Source: Candidatus Kuenenia stuttgartensis (GTDB lineage: Bacteria; Planctomycetota; Planctomycetia; Pirellulales; UBA1268). From it: 64,000 nt of DNA. Each line of letters starts with the position of its first letter. The stretch's first letter is position 1. The notes beneath the pieces were generated by a model. It was not told the DNA's origin and made no database searches. It saw only the letters and a program-made list of their open reading frames with translations. A program made the position numbers and the translations under genes. Location: assembly GCA_945877135.1 (NCBI GenBank), contig CAMCQY010000003.1, positions 6,506-70,505 on the forward strand, in the 5' to 3' direction. Of this stretch, positions 26,821 to 38,200 are shown piece by piece.

Positions 26821-28032
26821 GTGACTCCCCCCCACTCTTCTGCCGATGGCTACGATCTGGTCACGACCGAGTCGCAACTCGGGGCCCTCGTCGATCGGCT
26901 CGCCGCCCACTCTCACGTCGCCTTCGACACGGAATTCGTGTCGGAACACACCTATCGCAGCCAGCTCTGCCTGATCCAGGTTGCTGCCCCCGACACGCTC
27001 GCGGTGATCGACACGCTCAAGGTGCGGGAGCTGGATCCGTTCTGGCGGCTGCTCACCGAGCCCGGCCGCACCACCGTCGTGCATGCCGGCCGCGAGGAGA
27101 TGGGGTTTATCCTGCAGGCGATCAAGGCCCGGCCATCGTCGCTCTTCGACGTCCAGGTGGCCGCGGGCCTCGTCGATCACGACTATCCCGCCGGCTATGC
27201 CTCAATCGTGCGGCGTTTCCTGAATCTGCCGACCAACAAGGGGGAGACCCGCACCGACTGGCGGCAGCGGCCGCTCACGCCTGCGCAGCTCGAATACGCC
27301 CTCGACGACGTCCGCCATCTGGAAAAGCTCTGGCGAAAGCTGGAGGACAAGCTCACATCGTCGGGACGCACCGCCTGGATGCAGGACGAGATGCAGTCCT
27401 GGCAGGCCGAGGTGGAGGAGTCGTTCATCCGGAAGCGGTGGCGGAGGGTGTCGGGCCTCTCCGGCCTGTCGCGCCGCGAACTGGCGATGGCTCGCGAACT
27501 CTGGCACTGGCGGGACAGCGTGGCGGAATCCCGCGACATGCCGCCCAAGCGGGTGCTTCGCGACGACCTGCTCGTGGAGCTCTGCAAGCGGAAGAGTGCC
27601 GACGAGCGACAGATCTCGGCGATCCGCGGCATGCAGCGATCGGACCTGCGGCACATCCTTCGCGGACTTTCCGAGGCGATTCAGCGCGGCCTCGACCTGC
27701 CCGACGAGGAGTGCCCGGGTGGAGAAAAGCATCGGGCCCCACCGCCGCAACTGGCGGTGCTGGGGCAGTTTCTGGCCACCGCGGTGGCGGGCGTCTGCCG
27801 GCAGATGCACCTCGCACCGGCACTCGTCGGCACGTCCTCCGACATGCGCGACCTGCTCGCCTACAAGCTCGGCTACTGGGATGCCGATGACGAACGCGTC
27901 CCGCTGCTGGCGTCGGGCTGGCGGGCGGACGTGGTCGGATCGCTCGTGGACGATCTGCTCTCCGGGAAGGCCTCCCTGCGGATCGGCGATGTCCGGTCGC
28001 ACGACCCGCTGGTCATCGACCGGCGAGGCTGA
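26821..28032 (+). CDS. rnd: Ribonuclease D (DEDDy 3'-5' exonuclease plus HRDC)
   Basis: Carries VAFDTEFVSEHTYRSQLCLIQVA (ExoI), VVHAGREEMGFI (ExoII), YALDDVRHL (ExoIII, Y-x3-D) and an HRDC-like LAMARELWHWRDSVAESRDMPPKRVLRDDLLVELC. The in-frame GTG at 26821 avoids overlap with the transporter. Confidence 0.85.
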   Translation: MTPPHSSADGYDLVTTESQLGALVDRLAAHSHVAFDTEFVSEHTYRSQLCLIQVAAPDTLAVIDTLKVRELDPFWRLLTEPGRTTVVHAGREEMGFILQAIKARPSSLFDVQVAAGLVDHDYPAGYASIVRRFLNLPTNKGETRTDWRQRPLTPAQLEYALDDVRHLEKLWRKLEDKLTSSGRTAWMQDEMQSWQAEVEESFIRKRWRRVSGLSGLSRRELAMARELWHWRDSVAESRDMPPKRVLRDDLLVELCKRKSADERQISAIRGMQRSDLRHILRGLSEAIQRGLDLPDEECPGGEKHRAPPPQLAVLGQFLATAVAGVCRQMHLAPALVGTSSDMRDLLAYKLGYWDADDERVPLLASGWRADVVGSLVDDLLSGKASLRIGDVRSHDPLVIDRRG

Positions 28033-28140
28033 TCGGGCGGGGATCGGCGTCTGTTTGAATCGTGCAATGGGGCGAAGTAGCGTTGTCGAGTCGGGTGCCG
28101 ACCCGATCTACACGCAGTTCGTCAGCCATGTTCATCCGCC

Positions 28141-29259
28141 ATGTTCGTCCATAAGGAACAACTCGAGTACGTCCTCGGGCCGGACGACTACCTCTCTCCG
28201 GAAATCCATCGGAGCGAGGTCGAGCGGCTGTTTCTGTCCGCCTGGCACCCCGTGGCGGTCGCCTCCGACCTGTCACGCGAGGGCGATTTTGCGACGCTCG
28301 AAATCCTCGGCCGGCCCATCCAACTACGCAGGATCGACGGTGTTCTTCGCGCCTACCTGAATGTCTGCTCGCACCGCCACTGCCTGCTGACGGACCTTTC
28401 CCGCGGGAATGCCCCGCGGATCGTCTGCCAGTATCACGGCTGGGAGTATGCCGCAGACGGCAAGGTCGCGAAGGTGCCCGATGGCGGCTGTTTCAAGCCC
28501 TTCGACAGGGAGAATGCGCGGCTCCAGACGTTTTCGGTGGAGACGTGCGGCGAACTGGTCTTCGTGCGGATCGCAGCGGATGGCCCCACGCTCCGTGATC
28601 ATCTGGGAGAGTGGTTCGACCGTGTCGCGGCAGCATTCGCCGCCCCCTACAAGTGCAACTGGCGGTACGCGAGCAATTTCACGTGTAACTGGAAGATCCC
28701 GGTCGAGAACACGGTCGAGACCTACCACCTGCCCTACATCCATCCGACCACGCTCGGTGGCTTCGGACTGATTCCGGAAGAGGCGCAGAAGCACTATTTG
28801 GAGAACCGTTCCACGACGCTCGTCTACGACCTTGGCCACGACAGCGAGCCGGTGAAGAAGCAGCGGCAGGTGGTGGGCTGGCTCGGCGGCGGCACGACGA
28901 CCGACCAATACGTCCACCACCATATCTTCCCAAACCTCGTGTTCACGTTCTCCGACCTGTTCACCTATGCGCAGGTCTATCTGCCGACCAGCCCTACGAC
29001 CTCCTCAACCCTGGCGTGGATGTTCAGCCTCGACGGCACGAAGCGAAACCCGTTCGCCCGCGTGATCGCCCGGCTGGCCGCGAGGCATGGCGTGCAGGCC
29101 AACTCCGCCATCCAGCGGGAGGATGCGAGTGTCTTCGCGGCCCAGCAGCGGGGCCTTGCCGCCACGCCCTTCAAGGGCTGCATCGGCACCCGCGAGGAGC
29201 GGATCTGGTGCTTTCACCAGTACCTGCGATCGTCATGCGGCGATTCGCCAGCCGACTAG
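28141..29259 (+). CDS. Rieske [2Fe-2S] non-heme-iron oxygenase, alpha-subunit type
   Basis: CSHRHCLL...CQYHGWEY is the Rieske CxH...CxxH pattern. The catalytic domain carries NWKIPVENTVETYHLPYIHP (iron His pair). No reductase or ferredoxin partner is adjacent. Confidence 0.9.
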   Translation: MFVHKEQLEYVLGPDDYLSPEIHRSEVERLFLSAWHPVAVASDLSREGDFATLEILGRPIQLRRIDGVLRAYLNVCSHRHCLLTDLSRGNAPRIVCQYHGWEYAADGKVAKVPDGGCFKPFDRENARLQTFSVETCGELVFVRIAADGPTLRDHLGEWFDRVAAAFAAPYKCNWRYASNFTCNWKIPVENTVETYHLPYIHPTTLGGFGLIPEEAQKHYLENRSTTLVYDLGHDSEPVKKQRQVVGWLGGGTTTDQYVHHHIFPNLVFTFSDLFTYAQVYLPTSPTTSSTLAWMFSLDGTKRNPFARVIARLAARHGVQANSAIQREDASVFAAQQRGLAATPFKGCIGTREERIWCFHQYLRSSCGDSPAD

Positions 29260-29272
29260 TCGGAGAAGCACG

Positions 29273-30802
29273 CTAGGCGTTGGCGAGAGACACCGGCCGC
29301 GAGGCGAGCCAGCTGATCATGTCGACCGCCAGACGACGGCCCGCAGGGTCGTCCGCCTCGATGGCGAGTTCGCCACGGCCACACAGCTCGGCGGCCGCAA
29401 CCCTGCCTGCGAGAAGCCGCTCCAACGATTCCGCAGCCAGCCAGACCGTCGGAACCGACGGCGCGGGCAGGCCGACGTGAAGCGACACAGGCAGGCCATG
29501 TTCTAGGGCGACCGTCCACTGTCCGCCGCCGGCTCCGCTGGCCGCGAGGCCGACCGTGGAGGCCGATCGCGGCGCCGACCAGGTAGCCGGCCCGAGCACC
29601 CCTTCGATCGCGGCCCTCGGAGTCGACTGCCCCGCTTCGCGGCCCGGCGGCGGCCAGCGGAAGTTGTTGCCGATCGCGAACCGGCAGAGGCGGCGAATCG
29701 TCTCCTCGTCGAGGGCTGGCGCCGGCAGACCCGGCACGGCGCGGTGCGTGTTCGTGGTGTCAAACCGCGGGTCATCACGCCAATAGGCCTTGTAGACATG
29801 CATCTGGTCGAGGAACAGCTTGCCGAGCGTGAGCGGGTCGAAGGCGGCCGCGGGCTTCGGACCGGGGGATCCAGGAACCGCGAGTGCCTCCCGCTTCCGC
29901 TTCAGTTCGGCGGCCATCTCCACGACCAGGCCCTCGAACACACGGCAGAGCGTGCCGACGCTCGTGGGCGCATCGGATGTCAGGTGGTACGTCCGACCGT
30001 GGAGCGACTCGTCGAGGATGATCCGCGTCATCACGGCCGACACCCAATCGACCGGGACAAGGTTCTTGCATTCCGTCCCGGTCATGCCAAGCACGTCGAG
30101 GAGCGAGCCGGGCTCCATTTCCGCGCCGACGAAAGCCTGCACGAAGGGCTGCACGATCCGCAGCGGCTTATAAAAGCCGTGGAACGTGTTCGTGAAGCCG
30201 TTGACGAGGTCGCCGACGATGATGCTGGGGCGGTGGACGGTGCAGACCTCGAGCCATTCGGCCCCCGTGGCCTCCGCCTCCGAAGTGATCTTGCTGCGTT
30301 CGTAGTCATTGCCGGGGGTCTGGCCGACGTCGAGCTCGCTCTCCAAGATTTGCCCCTGCCGCAGGCCGCAGACATACGCGCTCGACACATGGTGCAGCCG
30401 GCGGATGCCGGTGTCGCGACAGAGCGCCAGCATGTTCCGGGTGCCCGTGACATTGCTCGTGTAGGGCTCGCCGTCCGACTCGCGGAGCTGGAACGACAGG
30501 CTGGCGGCCGAGTGGATCACCTCGCAGACATTCCCCGCGACCCACGACCGCTGTTCGGCCGTGAGCCCGAGCCCGTCCGCGGACAGGTCACCCTCGAGCA
30601 CCACCGGAGACGGCACGTCGACGCTGGCCACCTCACGCCAGTCGGCAAGCAGTTCGTCGACACGTTCCGCGGCACCGGCGGTCTTCGAACCGCGAACGAT
30701 CACGGCTATGCGGCGGCCGGCTGCGGCGAGATCGCGGAGCAGCGACCGGCCGAGCAGGCCGGTCGCACCAGTGAGAAGGATATAGGAATCGTGACTTGGC
30801 AT
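29273..30802 (-). CDS. Stand-alone thioester/acyl reductase (terminal R-domain type SDR) with an SCP2-like C-terminal domain
   Basis: Carries ILLTGATGLLGRSLLRDL (NAD(P) site), EVIHSAASLSF and YERSK (YxxxK). The C-terminal 130 aa includes LLAGRVAAAELCGRGELAIEADD, which resembles the SCP2 pattern. Last gene of the PKS operon, 5 nt after the previous stop. Confidence 0.85.
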   Translation of the reverse strand: MPSHDSYILLTGATGLLGRSLLRDLAAAGRRIAVIVRGSKTAGAAERVDELLADWREVASVDVPSPVVLEGDLSADGLGLTAEQRSWVAGNVCEVIHSAASLSFQLRESDGEPYTSNVTGTRNMLALCRDTGIRRLHHVSSAYVCGLRQGQILESELDVGQTPGNDYERSKITSEAEATGAEWLEVCTVHRPSIIVGDLVNGFTNTFHGFYKPLRIVQPFVQAFVGAEMEPGSLLDVLGMTGTECKNLVPVDWVSAVMTRIILDESLHGRTYHLTSDAPTSVGTLCRVFEGLVVEMAAELKRKREALAVPGSPGPKPAAAFDPLTLGKLFLDQMHVYKAYWRDDPRFDTTNTHRAVPGLPAPALDEETIRRLCRFAIGNNFRWPPPGREAGQSTPRAAIEGVLGPATWSAPRSASTVGLAASGAGGGQWTVALEHGLPVSLHVGLPAPSVPTVWLAAESLERLLAGRVAAAELCGRGELAIEADDPAGRRLAVDMISWLASRPVSLANA

Positions 30803-30807
30803 ACGTG

Positions 30808-31572
30808 TCAGACGTGGATGGCGGCTCCTCCATCGACGACGAGCGTCTGTCCCTGCACAAGATCAGAGAGCGGGCTGGAGAGAAAGAGCACGGCATCGGC
30901 CACGTCGGCCGCCTCGAGCATCCGTTCGCCCATCATCGTCTTGTATTGGCGTCCGGCGAACATCTCGGCGGCGCCGGGGAGCCGCTTGGTCGAGTCGGTC
31001 TCCACGAGCCCCGCCTCGACGACGTTGACATTCACACCGCGATCGCCCAGCTCAAGCGCCCAGTGTCTGGCCAAGGCTGTCAGCGCCGCCTTCGAGCCGC
31101 CGATGAGGCCATACATCGGCAGCGCCATGTGCGTGCCATGACTGGAGAGCACAACGGCCTTGCCCCGACCCGGGGCCGACTCGAGCAACGGCGCTGCGGC
31201 CTTCAGCAGATAGACGAACGACAGAACGTTCGTGTGCATCGCCGCGTCGAAATGCCGTTGTGTGGTGGCGGCCAGCGGACGGAACCCGCCAGTGGCCGCG
31301 TTGTGGACGAGGATGTCGAGCCGGCCGAATTCCTGTTTGATGAAGCCGACCATGTCGTCGACATCTTCCTCCTGACCGACGTCGGCCCGCACGCAGGCGA
31401 CGTGCCGCCCCATGGCGGCGATCTGTGCGGCGACTTCATCGGCTTCGCGGCCGCTGGTGACGTAGTTGACGACGATGTCGGCGCCCGCTTCGGCGAGGCG
31501 AAGGGCACAGGCCCGGCCGATGCCGCGGCTGGAGCCGGTGACAAGGGCGACCTTTCCGGTGAGATCGATCAT
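30808..31572 (-). CDS. FabL-like enoyl-[ACP] reductase (SDR family)
   Basis: [30 protein letters not shown] and [13 protein letters not shown] parallel B. subtilis FabL ([41 protein letters not shown], from memory). The active site spacing is Y-x6-K (YGLIGGSK), the enoyl-reductase type. ATG at 31572 overlaps the PPTase stop. Confidence 0.8.
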   Translation of the reverse strand: [254 protein letters not shown]

Positions 31573-32261
31573 GGGCGATAAGCCTCCGGGAAACGTGTTT
31601 GAGACTGGAGAAGGGCACGCCGGGCAGGGGTGGCCGCGACGGCGACGATGTGCCTGTTGATGCCGATGAAACACCCCGTGCCACGGACATCGGCGAAACG
31701 ATCCTGCGCGATCCATGCGAAGCCCGCGGCCGACAGGTCGCGAATGGTCACCGTCCTGGGCCGAAACTCGCTATCGAGATGGGCCGCCTTGTAGGCGGCC
31801 TCCTTGGCGGCCCAGAGCAGCGCCCGCAAGAGACCATGCTCGTCAGGCATCAGCGACAGTTCGTCGGGCGTGAACCACGCATCGAGACCACGTCCAGCCT
31901 CAGCAGGATCGACGATGTCGAGTCCCACCCCCGCGCTGTCGCAGAGGGCAGCGCCAACCAGACCCTGCAGGTGCGAAATCGAGACCGACACCCGCGTCGG
32001 GATTCCGTCGACGAGCACGATGGGCCGACCCGACGGCATGACTGTCGCAAGACGCACGGCATCGAGGTCGCGATCGAGGTGTGCGGCCGCGAGTTCCTCG
32101 GCCAGGCAAGCAGCCTGCCGGGACAACGACATTTCTGAATCCCGGGGTGGCGTCACAAACACGGCGTCGACGCTCCACGGCCCCACCCCCACCCGGCGGC
32201 TGATCGGCTCCTTCGCAAGGCTACGTCCGGCGGCGACCGGCTCCACTGTCTCGCTGATCAT
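31569..32261 (-). CDS. 4'-phosphopantetheinyl transferase
   Basis: Carries VGLDIV (first PPTase motif region) and LLWAAKEAAYKA (W/F-x3-KE-A/S-x2-K). About 230 aa, Sfp-type size. Start overlaps the PKS stop (ATGA, 32258-32261). Confidence 0.8.
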   Translation of the reverse strand: MISETVEPVAAGRSLAKEPISRRVGVGPWSVDAVFVTPPRDSEMSLSRQAACLAEELAAAHLDRDLDAVRLATVMPSGRPIVLVDGIPTRVSVSISHLQGLVGAALCDSAGVGLDIVDPAEAGRGLDAWFTPDELSLMPDEHGLLRALLWAAKEAAYKAAHLDSEFRPRTVTIRDLSAAGFAWIAQDRFADVRGTGCFIGINRHIVAVAATPARRALLQSQTRFPEAYRP

Positions 32262-35200
32262 GACGACCGACTCCGTTCGGCAGCCATGACGGCCAGGTGC
32301 AACCCGTCGAGGGCGAGAACAGCACGACCGTCATCGCCATACAGCACGAGGTCATAGATGCTTTCCCGCGAGTCCTGCGACCGGAAGCGAAGCCGTGCGA
32401 CGCACTTCTCGCCGCCCCGCGGCGGCGACACGATCCGCAACCGCTCGAACGCCACGGGCACCTCGACGCGACGGCCGCAGAGAATATAGGAGTAGACCGC
32501 ACACGCTACGACGCAGCCGTCGAGGAGCGCAACGGGCACCGTCCAGCCCATCGGACCACGAGGCAGGGTCACGCCATCTCCGTGCTGCGACACAAGCCGC
32601 CCCCAGCCGCCGCTGCGGTCGAGGAACAGGCCATCGAGCGTGCGGAAGGAAGGGCCGTGCCGCAGCGGTGCATCTTCCTGGTAAACCATCGGATTGAACG
32701 GGAATGGCGACTCATCCAGCGTCGCGGCGACCGGCTCCACGAGCCCAGCGAACACCTTGCATCGAAGATGCACCCGCTCCTCCCCGGCAGTGCGGCCTTC
32801 GGCGTTGAGCACCGCCGCCCAGCCTTGGGCGACAATCGTGTCACCGTCGCGTTCGCCGATTTCCACGCGAACATCCCGTGGAGCATCGACGGGGAATCCG
32901 ATCGGCCGCTCGACGGCAAAATCGCGAATCTCCTGCACGTGGCCACACGCCCCGGCGGCGACCACGGCCTGCGCTAGGAGTTCAGCCCCCATGACGGCAG
33001 GCAGAAGCGGCCGCCCGTACTGCAGGTGGTCGATCAGAAACCGGTCGCTCGTTGGATCAAGCCGGAACGACACCCATGTGCTGGCTCCCTGCCGCTCAAC
33101 CCCGCCCACGAGGCTCCCCACATCGCCTCTCGGCCGTGGCACGTGACCGGCTGCCCCCGCGGCAGCCGTGCTCTTTGAGACGGTGGTCGCGGGGGCGGCG
33201 TCGCGATTGACGTCGGCGGACGAGACCGCGTCTGGGCACATCGCTGGCTCGGTGACAAGCACCTCCGCATCCGGCAGCCCCGCCTCGATCTCGTCCATGA
33301 ACCGTCGCACCCCCTCGGCAAGCGGCATGAACTTGAGGCCGAACTGCTCCAGCACGAACCGGCTCTCCGGTCGGCTCGCCATGCCGACCTCGTCCCAGGC
33401 ATGCCAGTGGAACACCGTCGCACGCAGCCCGCGCCGCTGCCGAAGCTGCCCAAGCATTTTGGCGAGCATGTCGTTGGCAAGCGAATAGTCGGCTTGGCCA
33501 TGGCCGCCGAGGCGACCGCTCGTTGAGCCGAAGCCGACGATGGCCTCGAGCGTGGCCGGATCGACCGCCGCCACCAGGTGCTCGAGGCCAGCACACTTGG
33601 GGCCGAGCGTCGCCTCCAGGCCGTCGACGGTCTTCTTTTCGAACCGGCACGCCGCCTCGAACCCGGCACCGTGCACGATGCCGCGAACCGGCCCGACATC
33701 CCGGGCGATCGCGTGGACGAGCGTCCTCACAGCAGCCGCGTCTGAAAGATTGCAGGCGAAATACTTCGCATCCACTCCCGCCGTCTTGAACTTGGCCAGT
33801 GACTTCCCAATTTCGATCGACTTCTCGACCATTCTCCAGGCTGTCCGTGGATCGCTCCCGCGGGCCTTCGCGTCGAGCATCATGCGGCCCTTGAGATCGC
33901 GGAGTCCGGCTTCGTCGAGTGACAGCCATGCCTGCTCCACGGCGACCGGTGCCGTCGAGCCAACCAGCGCGAGCTTCAGCCCGAACCTTCTACCCAGTTC
34001 CCGCGCGCATTCGGCCGTCACGCCTCGTGCGCCACCGGTCACGACCCATGCACTCCCATGCCGCAGTGACTCAAGCGCCGTGCTCGCGGCCGGTCTGGTC
34101 TCGCAGGCTGCGATCGTGACACGCCGCCCGTCGACGAGGCCAACTTCCACTGGCCCGACTCCGTCCTGCATCTCGGCCACGATGCCAGCCGCGAGTGCTG
34201 TCTCTGCCAACGCCGCCGCCGCATCCACCACGCGGACATGCAGGCTGGAAAACTCGCGGGCGATCCCTTTGAAGAGTCCCGCCATCGCACCACCCACCAC
34301 CGAGTCGATGGCACCTGAGAGCCCAAAATCACCGCCGAGGTGTGCAACCGTCGTCAGGGTCGCGGAGCCGATGTCGTTGGCCTTGCCGCGCAGCACGAGC
34401 CACCGCTGGCAGGCGAAGAACGGCGCAACAACCGTCGCCGACCGCCTCGAGAGCCAGTCGCCGGCGGTCTGCTGTCGAGGCGTGGCCACGACAAGGTGCC
34501 GCACGGGCCCGCCCGCCTCTGCTCGCTCGACGGCTGCGATCGCCTCCTCGGCAGAACTGCATTCCAAGACAAACGGCTTCGCGCCCCGAGCGGTGAGCGT
34601 GGCAGCGAGTGCACCGGCCAGGCTGCCACTCCCCAGGATCAGCACACGTTCGCCACTGAGGCTGCGTGCCGATCGAGCCGAACCAGCATCGCGGAGAGCG
34701 AGGCGATAGCGGCGAGTGATCTGTTCCACCCTTCCATGGCTCTTGCCGGCCGCCAGCGAAGCGTCCCGCGGGACGGTCAGCCACGCCTCACCAACAGGAT
34801 CAGTGGCCACGGCCGCAAGCCAGTCGCGACCGGCCGGTCCACCCGCGCGAAGAGCGGGTTTCCCTGCGGCTGAGCCGACGGCCATCCACGCGCACGTCGC
34901 CGAGAGCGATGCTCCGGTTCCAGCGGGGTCCAGCAGCAGCGACGAAAGGGCCTGCTCCGGTACGACCGTGCCGTCGGCCAGTGCCACGCGGGCCAGGGCC
35001 GCACGTGGATCACACTGCTGAAAGACCTGGGGAAGTGCCACGATCTTTCCGGTAGCCGATACCTCTATCCCACCGCCACGGACGTTGGCCACGATGAGGC
35101 CGTAAGGCCGCGTCGCCATCCGCGCGATCATCGCATCCGCCTCCGCCATCGACCGGCACTCCGTCACCACCCGTTCGACCGCGCCAGCCACCGAGGCATT

Positions 35201-38200
35201 CCTCACGTTCTCGCGGCTGATCGTCGCGACGAGGCCCGAGTCATTCCAGCCGACGATCGCTCCCGGCAACCCCTTCACGCTCACCAGCGTGCCGCGCAGC
35301 TCATGGGTCTCGAAGCGTTTCGCGGCGGGATCGGCGTTGCGGCCGAAGCAGACGAGCAGTCCGCGGGCGATGGCACCGGCATCAGTCGGCGCCACGATCA
35401 CCGCGTCGCAGCCGCCAACCGCCGCCGCCGGATCGGTGTACGCGGCCCGAACGATGTCAACTTCAATGCCTGCCCCCTCGGCAATGCCGGCGAGCTCCTT
35501 GTCGATAGCTGGATCGATCACGACTGGCCTGGTAGACGCCCCCTCGGCCGCGATCTGCCTCGCCCAGAGCCTGATGGCCGCGGCGTGTTCTCGGCCGTTT
35601 CGGAGGCCTCGCTCGAAGTCCTCGCTACGGGTTCCATGCGACCCAGTCAGCACCGCCGGCCCCGATGCCGACTTCGCGCTCACGCGGGGCACCATATAAC
35701 CGAGCAGGTGGCGCAGCGTTGGGAACTCGTCGAGCGACACGCTGTCATCAGCAGTCAGCCCGTACTTCTGCCCGATCTCACCGAAGAGCTGCGCCTTGCG
35801 GATGCTGTCGATCCCAAGGTCCGCCTCCAGATCCGCATCGAGTTCCACGATCTCCCGCGGGTATCCCGTCTGCTCCACCACGAAGTCGGTCAGGAACGTT
35901 TCCAGTTCCGTCGCCAGACCGTCGTCGGCTGCAGTTGGAGACACTGGTTTCGGAGCAGCCGCTGCCGTTCGCGGGGCGTGATCGTTGCTGGCGTGTCCGT
36001 TGGTACCGTGACCACTCGCTGGCACAGCAGACGACTTGGCCGCCGTGGCTGCCGGCGACACAGACTTCCCGCCCACACGGGGCAGCATGTAATCGAGCAG
36101 GTGACGCAGCGTAGGAAACTCGTCGAGCGACACGCTGTCGTCGGCTGTCAGCCCATACTTCTGACCAATCTCGCCGAAGAGTTGCGCCTTGCGGATGCTA
36201 TCGATCCCGAGATCCGCCTCCAAGTCCGCATGGAGTTCAACGATCTCACGCGGATAGCCTGTCTGCTCCACCACGAATTCGATCAGAAACGCTTCCAGTT
36301 CCGTTGCCAGGCCGGAATCGTCTGCCACCGGAGCGGCGGGCGCCCCTGATTGAGCATGGCCGTTCTGAGCATGGCCGTTCACCTGAATGGCAGACGGCTG
36401 GGCCAACGCGGCCGCAGGTGGAGCAGACTTTCCGCCGACGCGGGGCAGCATATAGCCGAGCAGGTGGCGCAGCGTTGGGAACTCGTCGAGCGACACGCTG
36501 TCATCAGCGGTCAGCCCGTACTTCTGCCCGATCTCACCAAAGAGCTGCGCCTTGCGGATGCTGTCGATCCCAAGGTCCGCCTCCAGATCCGCATCGATTT
36601 CCACGATCTCTCGCGGATACCCCGTCTGCTCCACGACGAAGTCGATCAGAAAGGTCTCGACCTCGGCGGCTGCAGGCCCCTCCTCCTTCGACCGCCGCGA
36701 CAGCCATCTCGCCTTGCCGCCCGAACGTGCCAGCACATCAGCGATGGCATCACGCGATGCTGCCGAAAGGATGGCCGCATGATCGCCCGCGGTGATTTCA
36801 AACAGGTGCGTCGCGCTGTCAAGGAATGCCTGCACGCCTCGGCTCGCCGCTCCTGCCCGCATAAGTGGTGGTTCGACGCCCGCTTCAGCGAGTAGTTCGG
36901 AAACTACGTCTTCCAGACACCCGACATCTGCCTCCGCGGTCGTCTGCTCCTTCGCGATGGCTGTCAGCCGATGCGTCGGCTTTGCCTCCAGTTCCAGCAA
37001 CTGCGTCGTGGCCGCGGCAGGCTGCAACGTCGGAGACTTACGATGCTCATGCCCACTGCTGTGACCGTTGCTTTGCCCATTCCCGTTGTGCCCGACCTCT
37101 TCATGTGTCGCCAACTCGACTGGTCTCGCAGTGCCACGATGGGCGGCTCCTCCCGACCGGTTGCGTTCCCGTCGGCGTGCCGTCGCATCGAACGACACGA
37201 TCCGTCCTGGCTGCACTGGCTGCACTGGCCGTTCTGGCTGTCGTGGCTTCGACGGCACCTCGACACTCTGCCCCGACTCACCACTGCCGAGCGCGCCCGC
37301 CGCCGCGAGTTGCTCTCGCAGTCGAGCGAGATGCTCCAGCGGCGAACGGCCGCGTTGATCGAATTGCAGGAAGGTGACGCCCTCGCGGCCCTCCAGAATT
37401 CGCCGTGTGAGGCCAGTGAGCACTCCCGACGGCCCCACTTCCACGAATGTCCTCGCGCCCGACTCATAGAGCTTCTCGACGACGCCCACCCAGCGGACCG
37501 TCTCGGTCATCTGACGAATCAGGCTTTCCTGGATGTCGGCCGGACCGCCCAGAGCAGAGGTCGTGGTGCTGCTAAACGTCGTGATCTGCGGTGCCGCGAT
37601 CGACAGCGAGTGAATCGTGGCCGAGAGGCGCTCTGCCGCCGATGCCAACAGAGGCGTATGGAACGGGCTTGGCACGGCGAGCCGTTTCGATTTGACCCGG
37701 CGCGAGTCGAGAATCACCTCGACGGCATCGACAATCCGCGCCGTGCCACCCACCACGAACTGCTCAGGGGCGTTTTCCGCGCAGATCCACACCTGCCCGA
37801 CAAAGGGTTCGATCGCCGCCATCACCGTCGCCCGATCCGCGATCACCGAGAGCATGGCGCCGTTCCGCGGACCATGCCGCTCCACGGCGTCGGCACGGGC
37901 GATCGTGGCTCGCGCGCCGTCACCAATGCTCCAGGCCCCAACCGCAGCCAGCGCGGGAAACTCCCCGAAACTGTGACTGGCGACGATGTCGGGCACGAAC
38001 CCCATCCCCTGCAGCACACCCCACGCGAGCAGGTCGCCCAGATACATCGCCCACTGCGTATCCCAGATCCTCGTGCCCAGTCCATTTGCGGGCTGCCAGG
38101 CGATGTCGGAGAGTGTCTCCCGACCCTGGGTTCGCGCCAGACGATCGAGTCGGGTAAGCACGCTCCGCGCCTCACCCGATTCCTCGACGAGTTCGCGAAA

